From NCBI GenBank assembly GCA_050273025.1, contig CP158636.1, positions 1,550,001-1,614,000 on the forward strand: 64,000 nt of DNA, written 5' to 3'. Below, piece after piece: positions 26,047 to 38,620 of this stretch; within the stretch, counting starts at the first letter, position 1; each line of letters opens with the position of its first letter. The notes below the pieces were generated by a model. It saw only the letters and a list, made by a program, of their open reading frames with translations. It was not told where the DNA came from and made no database searches. The translations under genes were made by a program, and so were the position numbers. The stretch comes from Cenococcum geophilum (taxonomy: Eukaryota).

Positions 26047-29000
26047 TAAATATTGTCTTAGAAGAGTAAATAAGAGGAAATGGAAATATTATCTTGTATT
26101 GCGTATACGTCTAGCTTTCCTTAGGATAATATATAAAAGACGGGGGCTGTTTAGTAGTAGCTCGAGAATGTCGATTACTATACGATATGAAATTGAAGTG
26201 AAAGTTACTTCCGTACCAAGATCCTGCAAAATTCTCGAATTATATTAACTATCTGTCTAGTATTAAGAGAATTCTTAATAAAGGATTGAAGGGTTTAAGG
26301 AACGTGGGCATTTTTAAGTTTTAATGTTACCTAGGTATGGAGGCGCAGCTATATTAAAGGAGGCTTAAAGTCTCTATCGCCTAAGACATAAGTCCTAAGC
26401 CTAAGTTAGTAGTAATAACTGGTACGCCGGATATAGCTATCCAGTTTGTAATAGGAAACGGTTCATTACTATAGGCGGGCCTCAATGTAGCCCTATTATA
26501 TTATCCGGCGGATTTATAACAGATATAAATTAATTATCCGCTTTTGGTTCTATAGCTAGCGGATACTATGGGTATTTCCAGCGTTAGATTTACGTTAACT
26601 AGCGCCGCAGTAGGGACGCCGGTAAACGCTTTTTAGCCTTATAGGTATTAATATAAACGCTTAAGCTAAAATATGCCCTAAAAGGGCCTTATAATCCTGC
26701 GACGCTACTAGCTAATAATAGTTTAACCTTTTTCAATATCGTATATAAACTTAGCCGTCTACCTTTAACTCCTAACTGCTACGTTAGAATGGAAATAAGT
26801 AAGTAAAAAGGATATTCTATTATATGCAGCCCCATCGCCCAAATACTTAAGCTAAGGTATCCTACAATTAGCACTGTATTAGGCTATTAATAACGCCTTT
26901 TACGCCATCTAGCGCTATAAGGTTAGGCTTAATACCTTTTAAAGAGGAGTCAAGCTATCCTTAGCTTATACTAATTACTACTAATAGCTTTATACTCCGT
27001 CACTACCCAAAGCATAGCTAGAGCCGAGCTATTACTATCTTACTATCACAAACAATGCCCTTAATACATAGAGTCAAATAAAGATAATGCTTAAAATTAT
27101 TAGTCGGTTAGGGTGAGAAATGAATTAGTATGCGAATAATAATGTATTTCTTAACCTATATTAAGAATGACCGCTTAGGATATTATATCTTATAGCTTTA
27201 AGTGTTTCCTAGGATAAAGAAGAGATTTCTTCTGTTACCCTTTTAGTAATTAGGTAGGAACTGACCAATAGGAAGTGTTAATATAACAAGGTAATAAAGG
27301 CAACGATGTAATAGGGCGGTAGGACAGTAGGGTGACATCTATAAGAAGAGAAAGGCAACCACATTTTCAGCCTAGTAACCGTTTAGTATTATAAGCATGC
27401 CAGCGAGCCTAGAACTTAAGAACTGTTAGGTAATACAAAAGTGGAAATCAGCCCTAAGGCGGAATACAGATCCCGCTAAAAGATCTGCATATAGGAGGCG
27501 TTGGTGGCTTTATTAGACTTACTTATATATAAGTAAAGAGGCCTTAATAAATCACAGTGGCCCGCCCTATTATTAAGTTGTAACTTTCTTATATATAAGC
27601 AAACGACTTTCTTATATATAAGCAAAGAAGACTTAACAAATTAGAATAATTTCCATTTATAGATAATTAGACCATTCCCGCTTTCGAAGGCTTATCCTAT
27701 TAGAGACTTTTACCTTTCTTATATATAAGAAAATGAAATTTGCCTTGCATAAGTTTAGAGCAACTCTTTATAGTTAATTCGTACCCTTACATAGGAATTA
27801 TCTCTCTCCCTAACCTAGGATAAAAGAAGTTATATTACTAATTAATTATATTGTCTTACTCTAGCTCCTTAGCTGCTTTAAATATATATAGAGACTATAG
27901 ATCCTAGACATTTACCTCTTAGCTACTATACTTTACTTCTTTCCTCTACTTTACGCTTAACTTAGAGAGTACTCTTTCTAAATATCCTGGCATTGCATTA
28001 CCCAGGACTTAAAACACCCCAATAGTACTATTTCTACTCTTATACCCCCTTTAACTAAACGATAGAGTCTAATACGCTCTAGCAGCCTAGCTCCTCCCTA
28101 CTACGATCTAGCCGAATAGAAGTATTTACCGTACTCTAGCACTCTACTTTTTTCTCCCTGCGACCCACCTGGCTAGGAGGATCCACTACACTCTAGCACT
28201 TTACCTCCTTTTTATAGCGAGCGATCTAAATAGGAGGATCTACTACACTCCACCTCCTATAGACCCCCTAAGGCCATTTAGGAACATTATATTCTACTAA
28301 TCCTAAATTTACTCCTTTCCTCCTAGGTATGCTTTACTTATGACCTTAAACTAGATCCTTAGCATTACCCTAAACTAGCTATATACTATATATTTTTAGA
28401 GAATATATATTCTAAATTTATATTAGACTAGGGGTATACGTTAATACAGTTATATTAGAAGGTCTATACGTTCGACAAAGATTCCTTTAAGGTGTTATTA
28501 TAGCTAAAGCAGCTTAAATTAAGCCGTAAGGTTTACTTACTGGTGTTTAAAAGCAACATAGCACGTCTTCTGCTTTTGCTTTAGAATAAAAGGAAAGGAT
28601 ATAATAGCCTAGAGGAAGCCATAGTAAGATAAGTACTTATCCTTTTGGTTTCATATATACTAAAATTTGTAAGCAAGCCATAGCTAAGCGAATAGTAATT
28701 AAGGAGGCAAGGAGTTGTAATTTAAAGATGCGCATTGAGTGTTCTAATTGTTCTGCTCTTCGAAAAGCTATATACCGTTAAAGAGTACGTACTAGAATAC
28801 TCGCCATTGGTTAAGTTAATAGAGTGCCTCTTAGTAGATTTAAGAATGACTTTCCTTCAATTAAGGTGCTGTGGCTAAGACTAATTGTAGAATTATAGCA
28901 AAAGAGCATTAATAGAGTAGGTTCTTTATATATAATTAGTTATAATTAGTATATTATTTTATTTACCATTATAAAAATAATTCTATAACTATTAAATGTT

Positions 29001-32000
29001 TTCAATCCCTTTTCTAGATAGAGCAAGGCGGGAACGAGTAGTCGGAACTGGGCATTCCACATAATAGCCTATAACAAATACTAGGCGAGTTTAGGCATAC
29101 TCTATTACAGTGCGTAGTCGTTATACCTTTTTATTAAGAACTTTAACACTAACTTCTATCTTCCTAGGCGGAATAAACTTGGTAAAGTAATCGGGAACGC
29201 GATGCTTTTGACTTAATCAATATACCTATACCCACAGCGCCTAATTTAAAGGCAAAAAGGCAAAACTAGTCGTTGCATATCCTATCCTTCATTTATATCG
29301 TAAATATATTGTCAAATTAATGCGAATAGTACTTAAATTTCCTTATAGTTTGTACTTTTGGTTTAATATTACATTTCCTATACCAGCTGTTAACGCATAT
29401 TTCAATTTAGGGTATTTTATAGCAGTAAAATACTACCAGTGGTATATGTATGCCTTGATGCTTAACCAGTTAGTAGCATAGTGGTAGGCTTAGCGAGAGC
29501 GCCCGAAGCCTTCTTCTCCTCAAAAATTTTAACTATAAGTTTGGTCCGGAATCGCTTCTCTTTTCGCCCTTAGCTTATCCTTACTCCTCCGCCTCTTATT
29601 CGCTCGCTTTAGGACTAATATATTATTATTTATTACTTAACGTCCAATTTAGATCCCTGTTAGGTCTACGCGGACTACTTCTATATAAGGAGAAAACTCT
29701 TTAGAATAAATATATAGTCTATTTATATTTAATAGAGAAAAGGGCCACAGAATATATCTCCCGCAGTAGTTTTTTGGCCTTAAATGTCTCTTATGGACCT
29801 CTTCTAATCCGGATAATTCTCTTATAATTTCCTTACACATATAGAAGTTCTCCGATGTCGTACGTAACCAACCACGCCCCACTAAAATAACTCCTTTTGT
29901 TCAGATCGGCATTAACGGGTTAATAACTAAAGGATAGATAGCTAAAGTATATAGGTATAAACACTTGGACAGATTCTCTCTATCCTAACTAACTTAAACG
30001 AAGCTATACGCACTTTATAGTCCGAAGGCGCCCTTTACCTAAAAGGAGCTATAAAGAATAAACCCCCAAACGACATAATTAGGGAGGACATTATTATTAA
30101 TAATATAGACCTTCTAATTTTCTTTACGGTTAATAGATCACTAATACACCGTTAGGTTATTTGTTTAATACTCTTCCAAACTTAGAAGTTAATCTATATT
30201 ACCGAATACACGCCTTAGATATTTACTACACCTTATAATAATAAGATCAAAGCAGACAGAAGATAGCCTCCTGAAGTTTCTTTAATATAGTATATAGCTT
30301 TTCTAGGTAATAAAACATCTTATATAATGGAAGTTAGCAAATATACCCAGGAGCTACAGATAGAAGAAACGGTAACTTTAGTTATATAACTAGGCGATAT
30401 ATATATACTACAGCTTAAACACTCTAGTTAATTCTAACTATGGGCTAGATTTATATATCGCGCTTAGTTACTATATAATATTCCCTATATTATAAAGCAA
30501 GGTAAAGAGCAAGGTAAAGAGCAAGGCAAAGCGCAAGTAATTTTCGTTTACTACCTCTGTCGTGATAAACCTCTTCCAGAAATAGTAAAATAGATTTAGC
30601 TAGCCGATTAAATAGTTAGTTTAGGTCAAAGGGAACGTTTTAAGGCACTTAAATGGAGTAAATATATAGTTTGGAAAGCCTAATAAGCAAAAAAGTAGCT
30701 ACAATATATAGTGTTGTGGCGATGTATAGCAAAGGACTATCGCCTTAAGTTAGCGAAATTGAATTAATATACTCAAAAAGGCGTATTGCTTTCAATACGT
30801 TAAAAAGGCTATATATAATTAATACTTCCTTTTAACAGGACGTACCAATAGGCTACTAATAACGTAATAAAGTATAGTGTGGCGGGGTACTATATTGCCC
30901 CCACTTTCTAAAAATGGAATAGCCGGGCGGCTTTATGTTAGACCAACTTATTTTTACTCTTTTTTATCGTGCTTATTACACCGCATCCGCCGAATTTTTA
31001 GCCACGTTCCTTCGCATAATTCTATCACGTTAGGTTAACTTAGTAAGGAGCAAATATAGTACAAGTAAAAGAAATGCTTACTTATAAGAGCATTTACTAG
31101 TCCACTATTAGGCCTATAAGGCTAGTAAAGGGTACCTCTTTCTTATAATTTTTTAAGCGCTCTCCTATATGGCTATAAATTTAAAGACTAGCCTTTATAA
31201 ACCCTTAGACTACAAAGACATTCGGCACTTACTATTATATATAAACGGTATATATAGAAGGGGTAAACGAGGGGACCAACAATGTATCCAATGGTGAGCT
31301 GGAAAAAATAGTCTCTACACTAGTAATCCTCTTAGTAGATTATATATACTTTTGCTAAGTAATATATAGTATAGATAGGATGTCAAGATAGATAAGAGTT
31401 ATACAGTTAGTTATACTAATATGGTTAAGCAGAAAGATATTCTTATAGTTTTTATTAAGAAGCAAAGCGGCGTTAGAGCCGTGTAAATACTTCCGTATAA
31501 TTTAATTCGTATAGGCCTAGATTAAAAGGGGTAGGCTATCTTTCTAATAAATATGGATAAAAGATGTACGCTTTTTAGTTAGCCCTTAGTGCGGTTCTTT
31601 TGTCGCGGAGTTACTTAAACTAAAATATTCTATTAAATTAACTCCTAATACCCTTAAACACAATATTGTCCTTCTATTTCCTAAGTCAATTATTATATCT
31701 CCATTACCTATAAACTATGGAATTGTATATAAAATACGCTTAGAGGGATTAAACTTTGCTATAATAAAATTCGAGAGCTATTGTGCTGTAATTTCCCCTC
31801 TTTCTACAAACTCTACTAATAGTTAAGCTTTACTTAAATAATAAAGGGTAAGATTGCAAACCTAAAGGATATAATGCGTTATTATCTTTATAATGTGTTG
31901 CGGATGCGCTTCTATGATTTAAATTGCTAATTAGGTCTAGGACGAGCTAGGCGTCTTAGTTAAGCCCTAGATAGGTAATAGGTTAATTTTCTGTTATAAA

Positions 32001-32099
32001 AGTAGACTTCTTCAAAGCTGCTAAATGTAGGTATACTGGGGTTTAGGTATTTAAAATCGGTAAGGATTTATAAAGTGCTATTACGTTAGCTATAGCGTA

Positions 32100-32958
32100 C
32101 CGTATATTAGTAGCCGACTTATAGTTTAGGTTGTGTTTTAGGTGTTTTATAGCTTGTATATCTATATTAAGATTTTCTAAGCTCTAGTTACCTTAAGGAT
32201 AATTAAAAGGGGTTATTTAATAGAAAGAGTCGCTAAATATTAACTTGAGGGTATCTTGCGAAATGATCTTATCGTCTCGGCCGCTAGTAGGATTGGCGCT
32301 ACTATTTAAGGCAGTTAATAAGCTTGGTCCACACTTTAGTAGAGTAGAGGTTAAAGACCTAGGTATTGCTGGCTAAGTCTTTACTAACTAAGCATTTATT
32401 AGCCGAGCTTTGATTCCCATTAATGTTTCGTATAGTTTTAGGTGTTTGCTTTTACGGTGTTAATTAACTACTTTTATAGTTGTATAGAATATCTGGCATA
32501 TATTACAGTATTTTTGCTCTAGTAGTATATAGTAGATAAAATAGAGCGGTTCCTTTAATTTCGCTTTCTTCTGGGTATATATTAAGAGGGCCCCCATTAT
32601 TATAAAAGAGGCATTACACTCTATAGCCTTGTAATGGTACTTCTTCTTACGCCTCTTTTTACACCTTAGCTTACCCGCCCCCTTTATCAACCGGTATATA
32701 CTAGCCCCTAGAGTACCCTCTAGTAAAATAGTTCCCCTTCTAGAGCTAGAGCTAGAGCTAAAGCTAAAGCCAAAGCTAGAGCCAGAATTAGAGTTAGAGT
32801 TAAAGTCTTTTCGTTATAATAAGTTCGCACTCTCGTATATGTCTCTAGGAGACTCTATTATAGAAGTTTAACCTATTACTTAATTAGTATAAAATTTAGC
32901 CGTAAGATGTAGCGCAAAATGTTCTCTTACTATAGTCTTAGTTTTAGAGATGTTCCAT
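32100..32958 (-). pseudogene. Double C2H2 zinc-finger protein relic (continues in further exons toward about 31.1 kb)
   Basis: ATG at 32958, intron, Ser-rich run, then KKYH[Y>C]KAIECNASFIIMGALLI[Y>H]TQ...YCNICQIFYTTIKVVN*HRKSKH (32440-32640). Confidence 0.7.
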
Positions 32959-33579
32959 TACAATAATAATGTAAGAAAAGTACGATAGGAGCATCGACTA
33001 GGACGGAGACGAGCTCCGGTATTTATATTGTTCCGATAAAAATATTTAATACTTTCCGTTTGGCGGCTTTACCTTAGTAAGCTTAGACGTAATTCTGTTG
33101 GTTACCTCAGCGAGCTCAGATGTGATTTTTTAGCTAGCGTCGGAATAACCTACGCCGTCTTCCGAATTGCAAAATCACGTCTAAGAGGCTTTGGCGAGTT
33201 TTGTTAAAATCCTAAATAAAATCCACAAAATAGAGATTACGGATATCTAATTTATTTATTTACATAACGCGTTATTATTACCAAAAGTTCATACATTATT
33301 TTTAAGACTTAGGGCTTCTAAATAGTATAAATTTTATAATACGACTATTGCTTAGTCCTAATATCAATTTCGTTAAAGTCAAAAAACGCGTTATTAAAAA
33401 CCTAAGAATGTATTTATCTTATTAAATAGTCTGCTAATATTAATAAAACTATATAGATATGTAGATATCTACTACTTAAAGCTATTACAACACCTAGTAG
33501 GTATTATAGTTAGGCCCTTCCTTAAAAACATACTCCCTTAGCCCAGAGAGCCTCTACTACTACTAGGGGGTAAGCTTTA

Positions 33580-34490
33580 GGTAGAGCCTCGCGCAGAGCC
33601 TCGTGTAGAGCCTTAGTAGACCTTTATATAGACCTTTATACAGACCTTTATACAGACCTTTATATAAACCTTTGTGTAGGCGTGCAGATATATAAATATA
33701 TAGATATGCAGACGTTTATACGGGCGATTAATTACAAAGACGTTTGTAGAGACAATTATATAGGCGTTTATACAGGCGTTTATACGGGCAATTGTAGAAC
33801 CTTCCTAGTATACTAGTATATTAGTGCTACGTATTAGTAGAGCTTTAGGGCTCTATATAGGGCTTTGGGCAGAGCTTTGGGCAGAGCTTTAGGTAGAGCT
33901 TCGAGCTTTAAGTAAAGCTTTAAGCAGAGCTTTAAGTAGAGCTTTAAGCAGAGCTTTAAGTAGAGCTTTAAGTAGAGCTTTAAGCAGAGCTTCGTACAGA
34001 GCTTAATATAGAGCTTTGTGTAGAGCTTAATGCAGAGCTTTGTGTAGAGCTATATATAGGCGTGTAAACCTGTAGATATGCAGACCTGTAGACCTATAGA
34101 CGTTTATACGGGCGTGTAGACCTATAGATATGTAGATGTGTAGACATATAGACATTTGTACGGGCGATCAATTGCAGAGACGTTTATAGAGACAATTATA
34201 TGGGCGTTTATACGGGCGTTTATATAAGCGATTATAGAACCTTCCTAGTATATTAGTGCTGCGTGTTAGTAGAGCTTTAGAGCTTTATATAGGGCTTTGA
34301 GCAGAGCCTTAAGTAGAGCTTTAAGCAGAGCCTTAAGTAGAGCTTCGAGTAGAGCCTTAAGTAGAGCTTTAAGTAGCTTTAAGCAGAGCTTTAAGTAGAG
34401 CTTTAAGTAGAGCTTTTATAGAGCTTTGTATAGAGCTTTATATAGAGCCTCCGTAGAGCCTTAGTAGAGCTCCGTATAGAGCTCTGTATA
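33580..34490 (-). repeat. 12-bp repeat arrays (GCAGAGCTTTGG/GTAGAGCTTTAA) nested in a ~440-bp duplication; likely Cys-rich coding region
   Basis: 33711-33900 matches 34151-34330. The least-mutated units read CCAAAGCTCTGC (PKLC) on the minus strand. Confidence 0.8.
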
Positions 34491-35415
34491 GGTCTCCCCC
34501 TAAGCTTTATTCTATAGAGCTCTTATAAAGCTTTATAGCTCTATACAGACGCGGAGCTTATAACTCTATTAGGGCCTACACTATAACCTATAAAGGGCTA
34601 TAAAGTAAATAAATTAAATAGGTATATAGCAGATAGAATACCCACTAGTTGCGAAGAGGGCTAGTAACGTAGGCGTAAGCGTGTTTACTACGCGCCTTAG
34701 TAGGGCAGTAGAATTGGAGCCTCTGTGGTAACGAACTCCTCTTAATATCGTATGTGTATAAGGAGCTAAAGATCTTATAACTTATAGAGTAGGCTTTTCT
34801 CTATAATTTAGTGTAATTTTTATATTAATAAGTATTGTGGGAGGGTAGATTAATTTTGTTAAAGTTAATAAGGTCTTCTTATATAAACGGTGTTTAGGTT
34901 TTCTACAAATCTCGCCAAAGTCCCTCAGACTAAGAAAACGATTGCCGTCCTAAATCAGCTTAGTGGACGGTGCGGATATTCCTATATCCGCATAATCGAT
35001 TTCTTGGTCTAAGCTTCTAAGGTAAATTCTATTAGTATGGATTTTTAATCGGTCTGTAAGCTAACTAACTACGTTTATACGAAACTATTAAAATCACGTC
35101 TAAGCGCGTTTCGCAAAGGTTCTTAGTAAATTCAATAAGAAGAAATAATATCCGTAGAACTTGAAATCGAAAAATATAATAAGTGGTATAGAAAAGGATA
35201 GTATATAAACACAAGTCCCGTAATTAGATTATTAGGTATTATCTTAAAGTTGTTTATAAGGATAGTACGCAGGATATTCTAGCTGGGGGTAGGTAAAGAT
35301 AATGCAATTTTTCTAACCACTTTTGCTTTGTCCCGCCCCTCTATACCTACCTCCTATATAGCATATTCTCTGAATTAAATCTTTGCATAAGTCTACTAGA
35401 AGTAGTTGTTATTAT

Positions 35416-38400
35416 TTAAATACGTTGCCGCTTCCTTAGGAGAGTATTGTATATAGATAGCCTCTTTTGCTTACCGTGGTCTGCCCTACTAAAGGGAGCA
35501 TTTAGACCTTAAGCGGCTATTAGGTTCTCTATTAAGAAAGGCAACCTACTAATATTATAAGGCTCGGCGTTACCTTCCTTTAGAGATATTATAAATTTCC
35601 CGAAAGTATCTAGGTCGACTTGTTTCCGGAAGTTCCCGTCTTTACCTATAAAGGAAGTATTATTAAATGTTCCGGAAATCGGCTAATTATTCATTAAAAA
35701 CCCGGTAGAGTTATTCGCTAATTTACTTAACAGGGCTTTAAAGGCTAGATTACTATATATTATTAAGCATAGAATATATCCGGTAACTATATACTTCCCA
35801 TTATATCTCTCTAAAAGAGAGTCCAATTCAAAATAAAATAGAGATGCAATTATATAGCGTGCTATAGTATCAATCCAGGCCGATAGGGAGTAGTCCATTT
35901 TAACTTTCGATTTAAGTTTAGGTATACTTCTCATATTATTAAGCCTCGGTTTAGTGGCATTAAAGTCAATACTAAGGCGGTAAATTCTATTAAGAATTTG
36001 GACCGCCAGTCTAACAGTTTTATAGGCCCGTCTCACTATTTTATCGCGCATTTTCTCCAAGATTAGATCACGTGTTCTAGGGAACATTCCATTTTTCTAA
36101 ATACTATGGCAGTCATCTATAGATACCTCGTAATTTTTTAGCTCTAGCTTACTAGTACCTAGAGATATAACAAAGTTAGGTTCTTTAATAAGCGGAAACA
36201 TTACTAATACCTCTAAAAGCGCCTAGAGCAGGGGGTTATTCTTAAGGAGTCCTATATTTTAAAATGTACCAACCTTATCAATATATTTTGGCGGAAAGAA
36301 ACTATAAGGTATAGTCAGTTTTAGGTATAAAAGTGGTAAGCTAAAGTATACCTGGGCGCTGTAGATGCGGATCATGCGCTAAATTTTATATTAGTCTTAT
36401 CTAAGGGTAGGGTTTGTCCAATCTTATATTTCCCAAAGCGGCACTCTTCCATAGCTATCCTTTAGCCTTACAACGGCGTTATCTTTAGGTTTGTTAGACA
36501 ACTCTTATACTAAGCTACATATAAGGAGCTCACCTTAATCTTCGTCCCATATGCCCACCCCGTTATAGTTAGTGAATATATAATATAATAGATAACTACT
36601 AACTGTAGCGACTAGCAAGCCGATCTTTATCCCTATAAATATTATATAAAAGTAGTCTAGAATACTTTTATCTATACTAAAGACTTCTTTTAGGACGGAC
36701 TTGATATTTTAGGCTAAGTATAAACCGTTAGTAAAATACGATACTATTAACTTAAATGCACGGGAAATAAATAGGATATTAAAAGCCTTCCGCCATTTAA
36801 AGACACGTTCTGCGATCTCTAGGAATATCTAGATAGACTCTTTAAGGGGCCATCCCTTAATGTAATAATCTATAGCAATCACCGCTCCTTAAGTTATAAG
36901 TATTAATTCCTTTTCTTTAAAGTATATAGAGCTCTTACCTATACTAACCCCAAAAGCAACTTTAATAAACCGCTAAAAGGGAATTAGTAGACTAACACAA
37001 TCTTATATTTATTTTATTAGCATTAATAGCACAATACCCCGCGTGCCTCCTCTATTAATACACAAGACTCCTACTCCTACAGTCAGAGGGTGTACTTTTA
37101 CAATTATATCGTTCGGCATCTCTTCTCTACAGAGAAAGCAGTGGTGTACTTTAAAGATCTAGGGGTCGTCCTTATAGCGATCCCTAAACACTATAATACA
37201 ATTCTCGTAAATATAGTGCCCGCAGGGTAAGCAATACTGCGGTCTCCTGCGCAAATAAGATAGATATATGTTGCTGCTCCGTATATAGCGCTATCTATCT
37301 CGGAATTATATAAGGTTGCTCTTATAAATTTCTACAGTAGTTACATTATTATAAGTGAATTACTAAAAGTAGCAGACGAATTGGTTTTCGACTATATTAA
37401 TAAAGCCACTTTATAAAATGATATAGTTGGACTACTTAAAGGCTATAACTTGAGCCTTACTTACCTAGCAGAAGACGTCCTTATAAATTATATTAAATAT
37501 AGTCTTAGGTTTAAACGCTATATCAAAGTTAGTATAACTTAATTTTCTAGCGGGGTAATACTTACTATATGCTTTAGGCGGGTAGCTATCTAGAAAGAGA
37601 CTAGAAGCAGTTATTAGAACTATAAACTCTATTAGTTTATTAGTCGACTTAACATATTTTAGGAAATTTAATAGATATTCTACTAGGTTAGGAGTAACAG
37701 GGTTATAAATCCTCAACGCTCTAATAAAATTGAAGGGTTTATTAATAGTTTCTAAAAAGTGCCTATAGGCGTACTTAAGAAAGGTAGCAAAATAAGTTAC
37801 AGAGAATAAAGTTCGTCCATCTTCTTTACTCTTTCGCACTTAATCTAAACTATCTATTAGACGCTCTTTTAGGCGTCTATGGCAAGCATTAATAGATATT
37901 ATACTGTTTAGGAAAAGAGCAACTATATTAATTACTAATATCAGCTCAGACAGATCCTTTATTATTTCCTCTCTTAACAACTATAGAAAGGCCTCTTTAG
38001 CCTCGCTTTCTACTCCTAGAGGTATCTTCTTAGTTATAATTACTACCCTTGGGTATATACTCTTTGGAAGGGTTAATAAGTGGCCTTTCTCTAATTACGT
38101 AGTAATGTGGCGGGCAATCTATCTAAAAGAACCAAGATTAGTATAAAAGAAGCAGAAGATATCTACAAAAGGAAAAAGCAGGTGGGTATAGATGCTATTT
38201 ACAATTTTGTTTTGAGAAAGGCCAAATAGCCTAGCTTAGGTTCTCTAAATAGTTCGCCGTATTATTTTATAGCACTTATTAGCTGTAACTGTCTTTCCCC
38301 TAAGACTCTGTTTAGGAAGATCGCTATCCATAAAAAGTACCAGTCTGCCGTAAAAAATGCTAAATAGGTTAAGGTAGAGATGTATCTCGCCTATACTTCA

Positions 38401-38620
38401 CTTATTTATAAACTTTCGCGCCCTCTTTACCCTAAATAGCTCTTAGAAGGCGACTAATTTCGCTATATTACCGATTAGTATAAATAGACTAGGTTATATA
38501 TTGGGATTAGGAATATAATTAGTAAAAGTCTAAAGCCTATCCGATTCTAAAAGAGTAATTTTATTGCCTTAGGTGCAGAGACTTAGCTAGTAGGTATAGT
38601 AACAACGCTTTATAATTAAG
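35416..38620 (-). pseudogene. Patatin-like phospholipase (PLP) with upstream RING-like Cys cluster, multi-exon relic
   Basis: GVLCINRGGTRG (RIPed DGGG.RG), VAFGVSIG (GxSxG), FFPPKYIDKVGTF*NIGLLKNNP (DxG), LRRRPQYCLPCGH, and C-terminal NISRLPFLIENLIAA*GLNAPFSRADH. ORF-track fragments 35683-36087 and 37465-37839 belong to it. Confidence 0.92.
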
